27,748 nt of DNA from contig NW_021827599.1 of assembly GCF_006345805.1 (NCBI RefSeq), positions 1-27,748 on the forward strand, in the 5' to 3' direction. Numbering within the stretch: the stretch's first letter is position 1; each line of letters begins with the position of its first letter. A program made the translations under genes and the position numbers. Below are positions 11,550 through 24,151 of the stretch, one piece after another. Under the pieces are notes generated by a model. The model had not been told where the DNA came from. It was given only the letters and a program-made list of their open reading frames with translations, and made no database searches. This DNA comes from Octopus sinensis. Its lineage: Eukaryota.

Positions 11550-11579
11550 AGTAATAATATTAATAATGATGATGATGAT

Positions 11580-11642
<63 letters not shown>

Positions 11643-11854
11643 CCTTTCTACTCTAGACACAAGGCACTAAATTTTGGGGAGGGGCCAGTCGATTAGATCG
11701 AGCGCAGTACGCAACTGGTACCCAATTTATCGACCCCGAAAGGATGAAAGGCAAAGTCGACCTCGGCGGAATTTGAACTTAGAACGTAAAGTCAGACGAA
11801 ATACCGCTAAGTATTTCGCCCGGGTTTCTAACGTTTCTGCCAGCTCGCCGCCTT
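11580..11854 (-). mobile_element. SINE family B (tail 2) with (ATT)n tail
   Basis: (AAT)n then CCTTTCTACTCTAGACACAAGG...GTCGACCTCGGCGGAATTTGAAC...CTGCCAGCTCGCCGCCTT. Confidence 0.9.
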
Positions 11855-12013
11855 AATCCCACTTCAATAATAAGAGTGTCACATTGAATGTTTTGTAGTA
11901 TCTGGGCGCCATTTTGCGGACTATTGTTTTGCTTTTGATCCTTTCGAGTTTTATACGGCATGAAACACTTTAAATTTTTTTGGTCTGCATTCACTTACTT
12001 TTAACAAAGTATA

Positions 12014-12971
12014 TACTTTCTCTTTTATGTAGCCTTGGATACCACGAAATGCGGAAATGGCATATTTTCAGCAATTCTGCCAAAAATTTGTTTATTAATC
12101 GTATTTAATGAATCTGAAAAGAAAAAAAAGAATGAAAATAATAAGCACAAAATTTTGGTGAAGAATTGACATCCTTAACTACACAACTAGCGCAAAGCCT
12201 ACAATAAAAGCCGTTGTGTGTTTAAAATAATTATCATATAAATTAAACGAGGTATATTGCTTGACTTCTGTAATATGAATCCCGCTTAGGGCGACGAGCT
12301 GGCAGAAACGTTAGCACGTTAGGCGAAATGCTTAGCGGCATTTCGTCTGCCGCTACGTTCTGAGTTCAAATCTGCCGAGATCGACTTTGCCTTTCATCCT
12401 TTCGGGTCCATAAATTAAGCACCAGTTGCGTATTTGGGTCGATGTAATCGACTAGCCCTCCTCCCCCAAATTTCGGGCTTCGTGCCTAGTATAGAAAAGA
12501 ATATGAGCACCGCTTGTCTCTTATTTGGGAATGTTTCGAGAAATTGTAACATGTTTTAATCCACATGTGTTTATGAAATATATGCATTCGGTTTTATTGC
12601 TTCAAATGTTTCTTTGATAATTTATGAGTTGTTTTTGGAAGAACATACTGATGGATATATGAAGATGTCGGATCAGCGAAAATATATTAGATGTTTTAAA
12701 GATTATATTTAGCAACTCGAATATCGGGTTACACAGAGATGATGGCTTGGCCGTTACACAACAAAAAAACATGGCATGCATTGGATATATTTAAGAAAGG
12801 GCTCATAAGCATCTTTAACAATCTGAATCTAAAAACTATATAATATTAATACAAACAAGCTAAATGTATACAAACCGTAAAATCCGGTGAACGACTTTAC
12901 TTTAACACTAAAAACTATAATCCACAATGTTAGCTGAGGAATCTCTAATCCCTCTTTGATAGAATCTTTGG
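12014..12971 (+). repeat. Local segmental duplication, copy 2
   Basis: See copy 1. Confidence 0.93.
12288..12499 (+). mobile_element. Monomeric SINE family B (tail 2) with degenerate 16-bp TSD
   Basis: Flanks AATATGAATCCCGCTT (12272-12287) and AATATGAGCACCGCTT (12500-12515). Confidence 0.9.
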
Positions 12972-13030
12972 TTGAATAATCTCACATTACAATAAAGCTT
13001 TACAAAATAGTAGCTTTAAAGAGAAAAGTT
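12650..13030 (+). pseudogene. Penelope-like element RT/thumb fragment (degenerate), copy 2
   Basis: NIGLHRDDGLA at 12720-12752, VYKP, and SHYNKALQNSSFKEK at 12982-13026 (cf. the PxYxxALxxSG[FY] thumb motif). Confidence 0.72.
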
Positions 13031-13566
13031 AATAAATGCTTATTCTTCATCCTCCAGAATTAAAACACACTTTACTCTATACCCCATAATCATTAAATGC
13101 GAAGAATAACATAGATAATAGCTTCCTGGCAGTATCTTTTATACTGACATAAGGATAATAGAAGGAAGTTCAGGCAGCGATACGCCAACTAGACAGCTTT
13201 CTTTGTGTATATTTTCAGGAGAAAGAAAAAGAACAGACTTGTCTAGATATATCTGGAGTCTGAAAGAGGGCTACATTCACTCTCAGATAGACATGAAAGT
13301 ACCGCTGAAGAGTAGACCTTATATAGACAATAGGCCCAGAAAGACCGAAATCACTTGATTTATGTTCTGTATGAATACTTTTTTCCTCCCTAAATATTTA
13401 TAATTGTATATAAACTCCTTAGTTACTATAATTTATAAGTTTCTTTTGCATATTCTTAGTTTATGCATGTGTATGCAAATGTAGTATTGGTATATCCCAT
13501 TTATGTTCATTAGAAATTAAATAAATAAAGAATTTTGACATGTACGAATATTTATTTCCCCCCACT

Positions 13567-14265
13567 GCATGTGTGTGTATGTGTGTATGTATGTGTCTGT
13601 GTATGTGAGTGTCTGTGTACGTGTGTGTATGTGAATATGAATGTGTATGTATATATGTATGTGTGTGTATGTGTGTATGTATGTGTGTGTATGTGTATAT
13701 GTATACCTGTGTGTGTGAGTGTCTGTGTAGGTGTGTATATGTGCATATGAATGTGTATTTATATATGTATGTGTGTGCATGTGTGTGTATATATGCGTAT
13801 GTATGTGTGTATATCTGTGTATGTATGTATGTATGTATGCGTGCGAGAGTATGCATGTATGTGTGTATATGTGTGTACATGTGTGTTTGTAAGTGTATAC
13901 ATGTATGTATTAGTATGTATGTGCATATATATGTGTATATATATACGCATATATACGTATGTATGTGCGTATATATGTGTATATGTACGCATATATACGT
14001 ATGTATGTGCGTATATATGTGTATGTATACGTATGTGTATGCATACGTGTGTTTGTGTGTACATGTATGTTTGTACAGTTGAGTATGTATAAGTACGTAT
14101 GCTCGTGTGAATATGTGTGCGCAAGTATGTGTGCGTATATATGTATGTGTGCATGTATATATTTTTGTCTATGTATGTATGTGTGCATATGTGTGTATGA
14201 ATTTATGTGGATATATGTACGTGTACATACGTTTAAATGTGTGTATGTGTATGCGTGTATGCATG
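13567..14265. repeat. Degenerate (TG)n/(TATG)n field
   Basis: Direct inspection. Confidence 0.95.
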
Positions 14266-14267
14266 TA

Positions 14268-14663
14268 GGAGCATTCCGTCGGTTACGACGACGAGGGTCC
14301 CACCTGATACGATCAACGGAACAGCTTGCTCGGGAAATTAACGTACAAGTGGCTGAGCACTCCTTATTCTATCGGTCTCTTTTGCCGAACCGCTAAGTGA
14401 CAGGGACGTAAACACACAAGCATCGGTTGTCAAGCAATGCTAGGAGGACAAACACAGACACACAAACACATACACACACATATATATATAGACATATATA
14501 CAACAGGCTTCTTTCAGTTTCCGCCTACCAAATCCACTCACAAGGCATTGGTCGGCCCGAGGCTATAGCAAAAGACACTTGCCCAAGGTGCCAAGCAGTG
14601 GGACTGAACCCGGAACCATGAGGTTGGTAAGCAAGCTACTTACCACACAGCCTCTCCTGCGCC
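14268..14663 (-). mobile_element. Chimeric SINE: family A body (14363-14663) fused to the family C 3' tail (14268-14362)
   Basis: 14268-14362 matches 1242-1337; joined directly to TTATTCTATCGGTCTCTTTTGCCGAACC of family A, same strand. Confidence 0.85.
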
Positions 14664-15278
14664 TCCATATATATGTGTGTGTGTGGTGTGTCTTTTTTTC
14701 ATTTGTACAATCTAGAAACACCCATAATGATATAAATGATCATTCAATCATACTCTCACACACACACACACACAGACACACACACACACGCAAATGCACA
14801 CACACGCTCACACACACAGACACACGTGTTATGTCATTGATATATGCGGTTCTATGAACACCGTCCATCAGGTGTCTGTGTCTGCGAATATGAATTGCAT
14901 GAGGGCATTTACGCGTCTCTGTGTGTATGAGTTTATGTGTGTGTGTGTGTGTCTGTGTGTGTGTGTGCGTGCGTGTGCGTGTGCGCATGCGTGTCTTTCA
15001 AAATGTCGATAAGCCTGCAAAATGTATGAAGGCAGCAGACCAATTTATTAGTACAATATGTCCAGCCGACTATTTTGATTTGGTAATTTATAATAAATGC
15101 GGTCTATTTCGTCATTTTGTGAATGTGTATATTCGTAAGTATACATATATACATGAATACACACATACACACACACTGACGCACACGCACGTACAGATAT
15201 ATGCATACACGCACACATATGAATGCTTTCATAAATATTTGCATTCGCACATGCTTAATAAAAACATTTATTCATGTA

Positions 15279-15328
<50 letters not shown>

Positions 15329-15402
15329 GTTGTGTGTGTGTGTGTATCTATCTGTCTATCTATCTACCTATCTATCTATCTAACTCTCTCTCTCTCTCTT
15401 TA

Positions 15403-15436
<34 letters not shown>

Positions 15437-15471
15437 CATATTATATGCGTATATATATGCGTATATATATA

Positions 15472-15869
15472 GGCGCAGGAGTTGCTGTGTGGTAAGTTTG
15501 CTTCCAAACCACATGGTCCCGGGTTCAGTCCCTCTGCTTAGCACCTTGGGCAAGTATCTTCTACCATAGCCTCGGGCCGACCAAAGCCTTGTGAGTGGAT
15601 TTGGTAGACGGAAACTGAAAGAAACCCGTCGTATACATACATACATACATACATACATACATACATACATACATACATACATACATACACATACATACAT
15701 ACGTACATACATTCATAAATATATATATACACACACATACGTATATACACATATATATATATGTTTCTGTGTTCCCCCACATCGCTGGATAACGGATGTT
15801 GGTGGGTTTACGTCCGTGTTACTCAGCCGTTCGGAAAAGAAGACAGTTAGAATAAGTACTAGGCTTAAG
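15472..15869 (+). mobile_element. SINE family A, 3'-truncated
   Basis: GGCGCAGGAGTTGCTGTGTGG head; ends at AGAATAAGTACTAGGCTTA. Confidence 0.88.
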
Positions 15870-15879
15870 TCATGGTGTC

Positions 15880-16023
15880 GCAACTCATTTCCACAGCTGA
15901 GTGAACTGGAACAACTGAAATAAAGTGTCTTGCTCAAGAACACCACGCACAATCAGGTCCGGAAATCGAACCCACTACCTCGTGATTATGAGCCCGAAAC
16001 ACTAACCACTGAGTCATGCGCCC
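15880..16023 (-). mobile_element. 5' part of tRNA-derived SINE family D
   Basis: Minus-strand GGGCGCATGACTCAGTGG (A box)...GGTTCGATTTCC (B box), then GTGTTCTTGAGCAAGACACTT, resembling conserved SINE central domains (CORE/V type; assignment unverified). Confidence 0.75.
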
Positions 16024-16190
16024 CACCTATATATATATATATATATAATATATATAGTATATATATATACATACACACATACATACATACATACATACAT
16101 ACATACAAACATACCTACATACATATATATACATATATATATAGATATATATACATATATATTATATACATACATGCATGCATACATACA

Positions 16191-16241
<51 letters not shown>

Positions 16242-16281
16242 GTGTGTGTGTGTGTATTCATATATAAACATACATATATAA

Positions 16282-16514
16282 AAGGCGGCGAGCTGGCAGA
16301 AACGTTAGCACGCCGGGCGAAGTGCGTAGCCGTATTTCGTCTGCTGTTACGTTCTGAGCTCAAATTCCGCCGAGGTCGACTTTGCCTTTCATCATTTCGG
16401 GGTCGATAAATTAAGTACCAGTTACGCACTGGGGTCGATGTAATCGACTTAATCCGCTTGTCTGTCCTTGTTTATCCCCTCTGTGTTTAGCCCCTTGTGG
16501 GTAGTAAAGAAATA
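16282..16514 (+). mobile_element. Monomeric SINE family B (tail 1)
   Basis: AAGGCGGCGAGCTGGCAGAAACG...AGCCCCTTGTGGGTAGTAAAGAAATA; TATATAAACATACA occurs on both flanks. Confidence 0.92.
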
Positions 16515-17264
16515 TATATAAACATACACACCTACACACGTTACGATAAAACCAACATAAATAATCAGTTCCTACGAGTGTTTCATGACTGCAGTTTTTT
16601 TGTTTTTTTTTGGGAATTCACAAATATTACATTCTTTTTCTAATGCGATAAGTGTTTCCCACATGATTCATGGAGGCTAGGCAACCAAATGCACTTGGGG
16701 GGGGGGACATCCGGAGTTGGGTTTCAAGTAATTGCAATGGCGAAATTACTAAGGAACTAAGTATTTATATTTATACAAGTTTTATCTGAATTCCCATTAT
16801 GTAAACTCTGTATATCGTAACTAGAAACACTCCTACGTATAGTAGCAAGCTATCCCATCCCGGATACCGGAATCTGACTGGGCAATGATAATCTACACGA
16901 AGCCCTAAGTTCTACAATAATAGTCGTATATCTAACAGAACATGCAGAACACTACGCACGCACACACACACACAAACACGCACACACACATAAACACTCA
17001 TATCGTAATTAGTTGACCTTCGTTTAATGAGAGGCACGTTTCTCTCAATCTTCTGGTCTGGTTGGTCTCTCTCGGACGTAAATTTCACACGCACACACGT
17101 ACCGCACATAAACGGCGACGTATGTTGATCATGTACACAGGCGTTCGTATGTGCACGCACAAAAGTATAGAACCGCACGTGACGTCCTATCAAAGAAGCA
17201 TGCCAGCATATTGCTGGAAATATATCTAGGTGCACAAGCATTTGTACGCATGCGTTACATCCCC

Positions 17265-17443
17265 AATCATATATATACATACATACACACACATATATAT
17301 ACATATATATATATATACACAAACATGCATATATATATACTACACATACACCCATCGATAATGTAAAAGCATATGTAAAATAGTAGAGCGCATAATTTAA
17401 TGTCGACTCACCCGCAGACGCACGCGAGCACGTGTGCTTGTTG

Positions 17444-17498
<55 letters not shown>

Positions 17499-17937
17499 GT
17501 GTGTATATACATGTATTTATATATGCATTTTTATATGTATATATATATACATATATGTATATATATATATGCATACATATGTATATATACATATCTATGC
17601 ATATACATATATATATATACATACATATATATACATATATACATATATATATATATCTACATATATACATTTATGTATGTATAAATGTATTATATTTCAT
17701 GTACTTTGATGAAGGCACACACTCATGTATGCAGATGTGTACGTTTTTTTAAAAATTATATTCATGAATGTACATGTATATGGTACATATATAATATATA
17801 TAATATATGCATACAGAGATATACATTTATAGTAATTGATACATATGTTAGTATGTATGTACATATACCCACTAACATGCATATATACGTACATACATAC
17901 ATACATACATACGTAGGTATGTATGTATGTATGTATG

Positions 17938-17975
<38 letters not shown>

Positions 17976-18174
17976 TATATAGATGACACATACGTGCATA
18001 CATATATGTATTATATTTCTGATATACATATATTACAACGAAATGGCGCTTGTAATATTTAATATACACATACGATTTTAAATACATACGTCAAATGTTA
18101 CACACCCATCAGCCATCAATATGAAAAATTGCATATATGCACCCACAAGTTTACGCTCACAGACACACACACAA

Positions 18175-18219
<45 letters not shown>

Positions 18220-18564
18220 TCGCACATATTTCAACACAAATGTGCATGTATGTGTATATGAATGTATTATATATGTGTGTGGTATGTGTGTCTTTTATCA
18301 GCCATTAACTATTAACGTTTGTATGAGAATCGTTTCGCTTCACTAACTATCGGAAATTTGTGAGTTCTCTACACGAATCGAAACATTCATAAAATCGATG
18401 CCAACCAAAATTCTCTTGTTATTCTCCACTAAAAATGTACGCCTGTCACTAGAACGTTCTTTGATCAAATGACAAATTGTCATCATTTTGCTTTTCAGAG
18501 ACTATTAAAAATTACTCAGTGTTCTTAGTGTGTGTGTCTGTTTGTGTCAGTATGTGTGGATGTA

Positions 18565-18595
<31 letters not shown>

Positions 18596-19496
18596 ATACA
18601 TACACACATATATACATATATACATATATATATACATATATATATATATATACATATATATATACATAAATATATAAATATACATATAATACATATATAT
18701 GCACACACATATATATATATATATATACATGGTATGTATATATATATATACGTATATATATATGTTATATATATATGTACATGTATATACACACATATAT
18801 ATATACATGATATATATGCATATATATGGTATATTATAATATAATACAGATACATACATGCATGCATACTACATATATAAAATATATACTATATATATAT
18901 ATATATGATATATATATATATATATCTATATATATATATATATACACACTGTATATACATGTTATTAAACCTGCATATATGTTTTTATATATATATGTAT
19001 ACATATATATATAACATATATATATATAAAATAGAGATATATTTCTGTGTATATATATATGCATATATATATATAAATATATATAGATATATATATATAT
19101 ATATATATATATAGTAGATATATAATATATAGACACACACGTAGGTAAGTGCGCACTTACATGCATATTTGTAGGTACATATATTCATGCGTCGTTACAT
19201 ACATTAATGCATAACTTTAGCCAAACGCATACTTATATACTCACACGTATGTGTGTGTGTGTGTGTGTGTCTGTCTTTGTGTGGGCACACGTATGCATTT
19301 ACATACATATACAAACACACCAACCCACAGACTGATATATGAGCCTATGTGTGTATGTGCACGGGTGCCCTCGCGCGTGTCTTTATATATAGGTAACGCG
19401 ATCGATTTGCCATTCTGGCCATAGTTGTACGTTAAGCATAAATACATTACACCTACACTCACACCTGCGTGCATACAAACATACATGCGTACCTAC

Positions 19497-19529
<33 letters not shown>

Positions 19530-20070
19530 CATGCATACATACATACATACATACATACATACATACTACATACATACACACATACCTACATGCATACATA
19601 CATGCATAGATACATACATACACAGGCCCATATATATATATATATACACACATTAATATATTTAAATGCACAGGTATTTACATATATAAATACACTCATA
19701 CGTACATTTATGTATATATATATGTATTTATATATTTATATATACATACATATATCTATATACATATACATACACATACACATACATATACACCCACATA
19801 CACACACACCAGCACACACACACTCAGGCACATGCACACACAAACACACGCACTCTCACTCACAGACACATACATACACCCCCTCCACACGCACACATAT
19901 ATGTATATATATATACATATGTGGATTTATAACGATCTACCATTCTATCGATTTATTCGACTGTGTGTGTGTGTGTATGTGTGTGTATATTGCCACACAA
20001 ATTACCAATACATAGTTCCCCACCCCAACACACACACACACACACACACACACACAGCCCCACACACATA
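17265..20070. repeat. Extended (TA)n/(CA)n/(TACA)n low-complexity field with short unique islands
   Basis: Direct inspection. Confidence 0.9.
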
Positions 20071-20321
20071 TGGAACAGGTAGGTTTACGTAGATAATATA
20101 ATAATGAGAAGCAGAAAGCGAACGTTGTCATAGCATCCTTTTAGCTAAATGAACGTCTTGTTTTAAGTATCTTTCGTTCTAATGGACTCTTAAAAGTACA
20201 ATTTACTCGACTTACGACCTCTATCGCGCTATTGCCGTGAGAAATGCACCCAGTGCACTCTCAAAGCGGTGGTCACTGTTAGGAACGGCGTCTAGAACGT
20301 CAACGTAAAAACCAAACCAAA

Positions 20322-20859
20322 TCTCTAGATATATAAAACTGAAGTTGTCTGTCTGTGTATGGCAGGTTTGGTAGCCTTCAACTAACACTATCTCCTCCGA
20401 GACCCTCCGGCGCAAGTTGACCAAAATCAAGAGTATGATAGAAGAAGGCTTGCTCTTCCTTCCGTAGAAGAAAACATTCAAATTGGACTATGTTAACACC
20501 AAAACTTATTTTCATCAAAAAGGTGCTTTTTTTCTATGAAAATCCTTATTTTTTACGATTTTTTGACTGCTGTGTTGCCATTTTTCGGTGTATTTCAACC
20601 AGAAAAAATTTCACTTAAATAGGTGAATGAATTATCCTATGTTTATCGTCAACATGGAAAATTCGTTTAACCGAAACCTGGGTAGCAAATTCACGTCAGA
20701 AACACGGTTGAAGCGACCTGTCCAAGGGTAGAAACTCCGGGTTCATGTGCAGAAATTTGTGTGTTGTATATGAATACATAATGCAGAATTTTTACTTTAC
20801 AAAAATTCCAATTCTAAAGGGTCGAAACAAACCCGAGCAACGCCGGGCGATACTGCTAG
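20322..20859 (+). mobile_element. Non-autonomous Helitron
   Basis: A|TC(TCTAGATATATAAAA) 5' end; GC-rich hairpin CCCGAGCAACGCCGGG (20832-20847) 8 nt before CTAG|T 3' end; A-T target and no TSD. Confidence 0.75.
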
Positions 20860-21116
20860 TGATGTATATGAGGACCGGTGTAGTGGGAGGCATGGCATGG
20901 CCCTTGATAAGAAATGATTCGTATTGTGATCACCCGTCCGATGGCGTTAATAATGATCTTTATTATCAAATGTGGTTCGTTAGGGTTGTGTCCTGTTTCT
21001 GTCTACATCTGTATGTATTTGCATATACGCATGTGTGTGTGTGTGCGTGTAAACTAACCAATACCAGTTATCAATTGGGGTGGTCTGGATACACTTACAC
21101 TTACACACACGCACAT

Positions 21117-21252
21117 GCACACACAGACATACACACGCACACACGCGCATGCCCACACAGACATACACACGCACACACGCGCATGCACACACAGACATAC
21201 ACACGCACACACGCGCATGCACACACAGACATACACACGCACACACGCGCAT
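21117..21252. repeat. 34-bp minisatellite x4
   Basis: GCACACACAGACATACACACGCACACACGCGCAT units at 21117, 21151, 21185 and 21219. Confidence 0.9.
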
Positions 21253-21376
21253 ATACGACTGGCATCCACGCAGGTCCATTTTCCTCTGCCGAATTTCATC
21301 ACATGCCACAAGTCAACCTTGTCCATTGTCCAATGTGCCGCACAGCGGGATCGAACAAAAGACCAAAAACCACATA

Positions 21377-21537
21377 GGCGCAGGAGTGGCTGTGTGGTAA
21401 GTAGCTGGCTAACCAACCACATGGTTCCGGGTTCATTGGGCAAGTGTCTTCTACTATAGCCTCGGACCGACCAAAGCCTTGTGAGAGGATTTGGTAGACG
21501 GAAACTGAAAGAAGCCCGTCGTATATATGCCATATTG

Positions 21538-21596
<59 letters not shown>

Positions 21597-21859
21597 ATGT
21601 GTGTGTGGTGTGTATGTATGTATGTATGTATGTATGTTGTATGTATGTTGTTGTGTTTGTGTTTGTCCTCCAGCATCGCTCGACAACCGGTGCTGGTGTG
21701 TTTACATCCCCGTAAGCCAGCGGTTCGGCAAAAGAGACCGTTAGAATAAGCACTAGGCTTACAAAGAATAAGCCCAGGGGTCGATTTGCTCGACGACTAA
21801 AGGCGTTGCTCCAGCATGGCCGCTGTCAAATGGCTGAAACAAGTAAAAGAGTAAAAGAG
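21377..21859 (+). mobile_element. SINE family A (deletion after the B box)
   Basis: GGCGCAGGAGTGGCTGTGTGG...GGCTGAAACAAGTAAAAGAGTAAAAGAG. Confidence 0.92.
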
Positions 21860-22225
21860 CAAAGTGACCTCATTAACCACCGAGCCAAGCCTGATATTTC
21901 AAAAGATTTCCCACATAAAAGTCTGTGAAAAAATATTTGTTATCAATTAACAAATTAATTTCTGTAAGCACCACAAATACGTATAGGTGACATGTATTTT
22001 GTTTTCTATAAGCTTAAAAGTTAAATAAACTTAATTTTTAGGGATAATTTCTGTTATTCTAACAATAATTAGTCAAAATTATTGTCATGCAGCAGAAAAT
22101 GTGTTTTAACTACCATTAATATAAATTACTGCATTGGTCCGGATAGAGAGAATTAGTAATTAATTTGGTTCTGTGAGAATATGTAAAATGCTCTCAGCCA
22201 AATATTTTTTTTTCTCATTGACGAA

Positions 22226-22360
22226 GCGATGGCTGCGTGGTTAAAGAGCTCGCTTTTCGACCGCTTGGCTTTGTGTTCAGTCCCACTGCGCGAGGTTAGT
22301 CCAACCCGGAGGGGAAATGTCTAGTTCTATAGTACCGGACCGACCAATGACATGTAAATG
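22226..22360 (+). mobile_element. Very degenerate SINE-A 5' fragment
   Basis: TGGCTGCGTGGTTAA...GTTCAGTCCCACTGCG...GACCGACCAATG. Confidence 0.55.
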
Positions 22361-22365
22361 AATTC

Positions 22366-22373
22366 AATAAATA

Positions 22374-22405
<32 letters not shown>

Positions 22406-22559
22406 AATGATAATAATAATAATAATATTAATAATGATAATAAAATAATAATAATGATGATGATGATGATGATGATGATAATAATAATAATAATAACAAC
22501 AATAATATTAATAATGATAATAATAATAATAATGATGATGACGACGATAATAATAATAG

Positions 22560-22599
<40 letters not shown>

Positions 22600-22634
22600 A
22601 ATAATAGTGATAATGATGATGATGATGATGATGA

Positions 22635-22666
<32 letters not shown>

Positions 22667-22683
22667 AATAATAATGATAATAA
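22366..22683. repeat. Compound (ATG)n/(AAT)n trinucleotide array
   Basis: Direct inspection. Confidence 0.97.
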
Positions 22684-23136
22684 CGTAAAGGCGTATGAAA
22701 TGCCGCACAGCACCTTGTCTTATGTTCAGTTATGAAAAACAATTTTACAGTAATTTGAAGAATTACTCCATAGTTTGGCAGAGCACGAATTTAATTATTG
22801 TTAAAAAATTATGTACACAGACACACACACACACGTACGTATGCGCGCGCTCACACACACACACACACACACATATTGAAATTTATAGAAAAGCAAAAGA
22901 CGAAGACAGGTGTATGAACAACAAGCAAGTGTATTAGTTTGACGTTTGGGAAATATGCAAAAGTTTTTTTAATGTTTCGAGCCTACGCTCTTCAACAGGA
23001 AGGAATAAGAGAAAATAAACAGAGAGCAAATAAAAGAAGACGTGTAGAGTTCAGCGGTCCAGCTGAACTGTACATAAATACATGTATGTGTGTGTGTTAG
23101 TATGTATGTATGTATGTATGCACATGTATATATATA

Positions 23137-23353
23137 GGCGCACGCGTGGCTGCATGGTAAGAAGCTAGCTTCCCAACCATATGGTTCCGGTGGGTTCGCC
23201 ATGGGCAAGTGTCTTTTACTAAAACCTTGGAGCAACGGAAACTAAAAGAAGCCTGTTGTATATCTGCATATGTGTGTGTGTGTCTTTGTGTCTGTGTTTA
23301 TCTCCCCATCACCGCTTGACAGCCGGTGTTCGTGTGTTTACGTCCTCATAACT
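23137..23353 (+). mobile_element. Degenerate truncated SINE family A
   Basis: GGCGCACGCGTGGCTGCATGGTAAG...ACGGAAACTAAAAGAAGCC...GTGTTTACGTCCTCATAACT. Confidence 0.8.
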
Positions 23354-23686
23354 GGTGCGTAACTGGTACTTAATTTATCGACACCGAAATGATGAAAGGC
23401 AAAGTCGACCTCGGCGGAATTTGAACTCAGAACGTAGCGGCAGACGAAATACCTATTTCTTTACTACCCACAGGGGGCTAAACACAGTGAGGACAAACAA
23501 GGACACCCAAACGGATTAAGTCGATTATATCGACCCCAGTGCGTAACTGGTACTTAATTTATCGACCCCGAAATGATGAAAGGCAAAGTCGACCTCGGCG
23601 GAATTTGAACTCAGAACGTAGTGGCAGGTGAAATACTGCTAAACTTTTCTCCCGGCGTGCTATCGATTCTGCCAGCTCGCCGCCTT
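23354..23686 (-). mobile_element. Dimeric SINE family B
   Basis: Two GTCGACCTCGGCGGAATTTGAACTCAGAACG units joined by GACGAAATACCTATTTCTTTACTACCCAC. Confidence 0.9.
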
Positions 23687-24024
23687 AATGTCCTTATATA
23701 TCGATTAATTTATCATTTCGTAGATGTCGATTAATTTAAACACCCGTATTATATACAGAATGATTTAAATGACCTCATATAGTAACTGATTTTATCATTC
23801 ATCATATATCGATTAATTGAAATATATCGATTGATTACGTATTGTTTGACTGCAATGTCCTCATGTACCGATTGATTAGACTTACAAATTGATTGATTTA
23901 TCATCTCATACACACACATACACACACACATGTTTATCGATTAATTCTAATACTCCTGTACTACGAACGATTTCAGTCATCGACAAGGTGTCCTCCTTGT
24001 GTGCAAGGCTTTCCAGCTACCTTG

Positions 24025-24056
<32 letters not shown>

Positions 24057-24118
24057 TGTATGTATGTATGTATGTATGTATGTATGTATGTATGTATGTA
24101 TGTATGCACGTATGCATG

Positions 24119-24149
<31 letters not shown>

Positions 24150-24151
<2 letters not shown>

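Noticed and set aside
16912-17670. 252-aa minus ORF with a short non-repetitive stretch
   Set aside because: Mostly microsatellite-derived; the unique part shows no recognisable motif
18486-18530. Polypyrimidine-CAG splice-acceptor-like site
   Set aside because: Runs into (TG)n with no credible exon or donor
21117-21252. Regular 34-bp repeats as a CRISPR-like array
   Set aside because: No spacers; higher-order CA-derived minisatellite in a eukaryote
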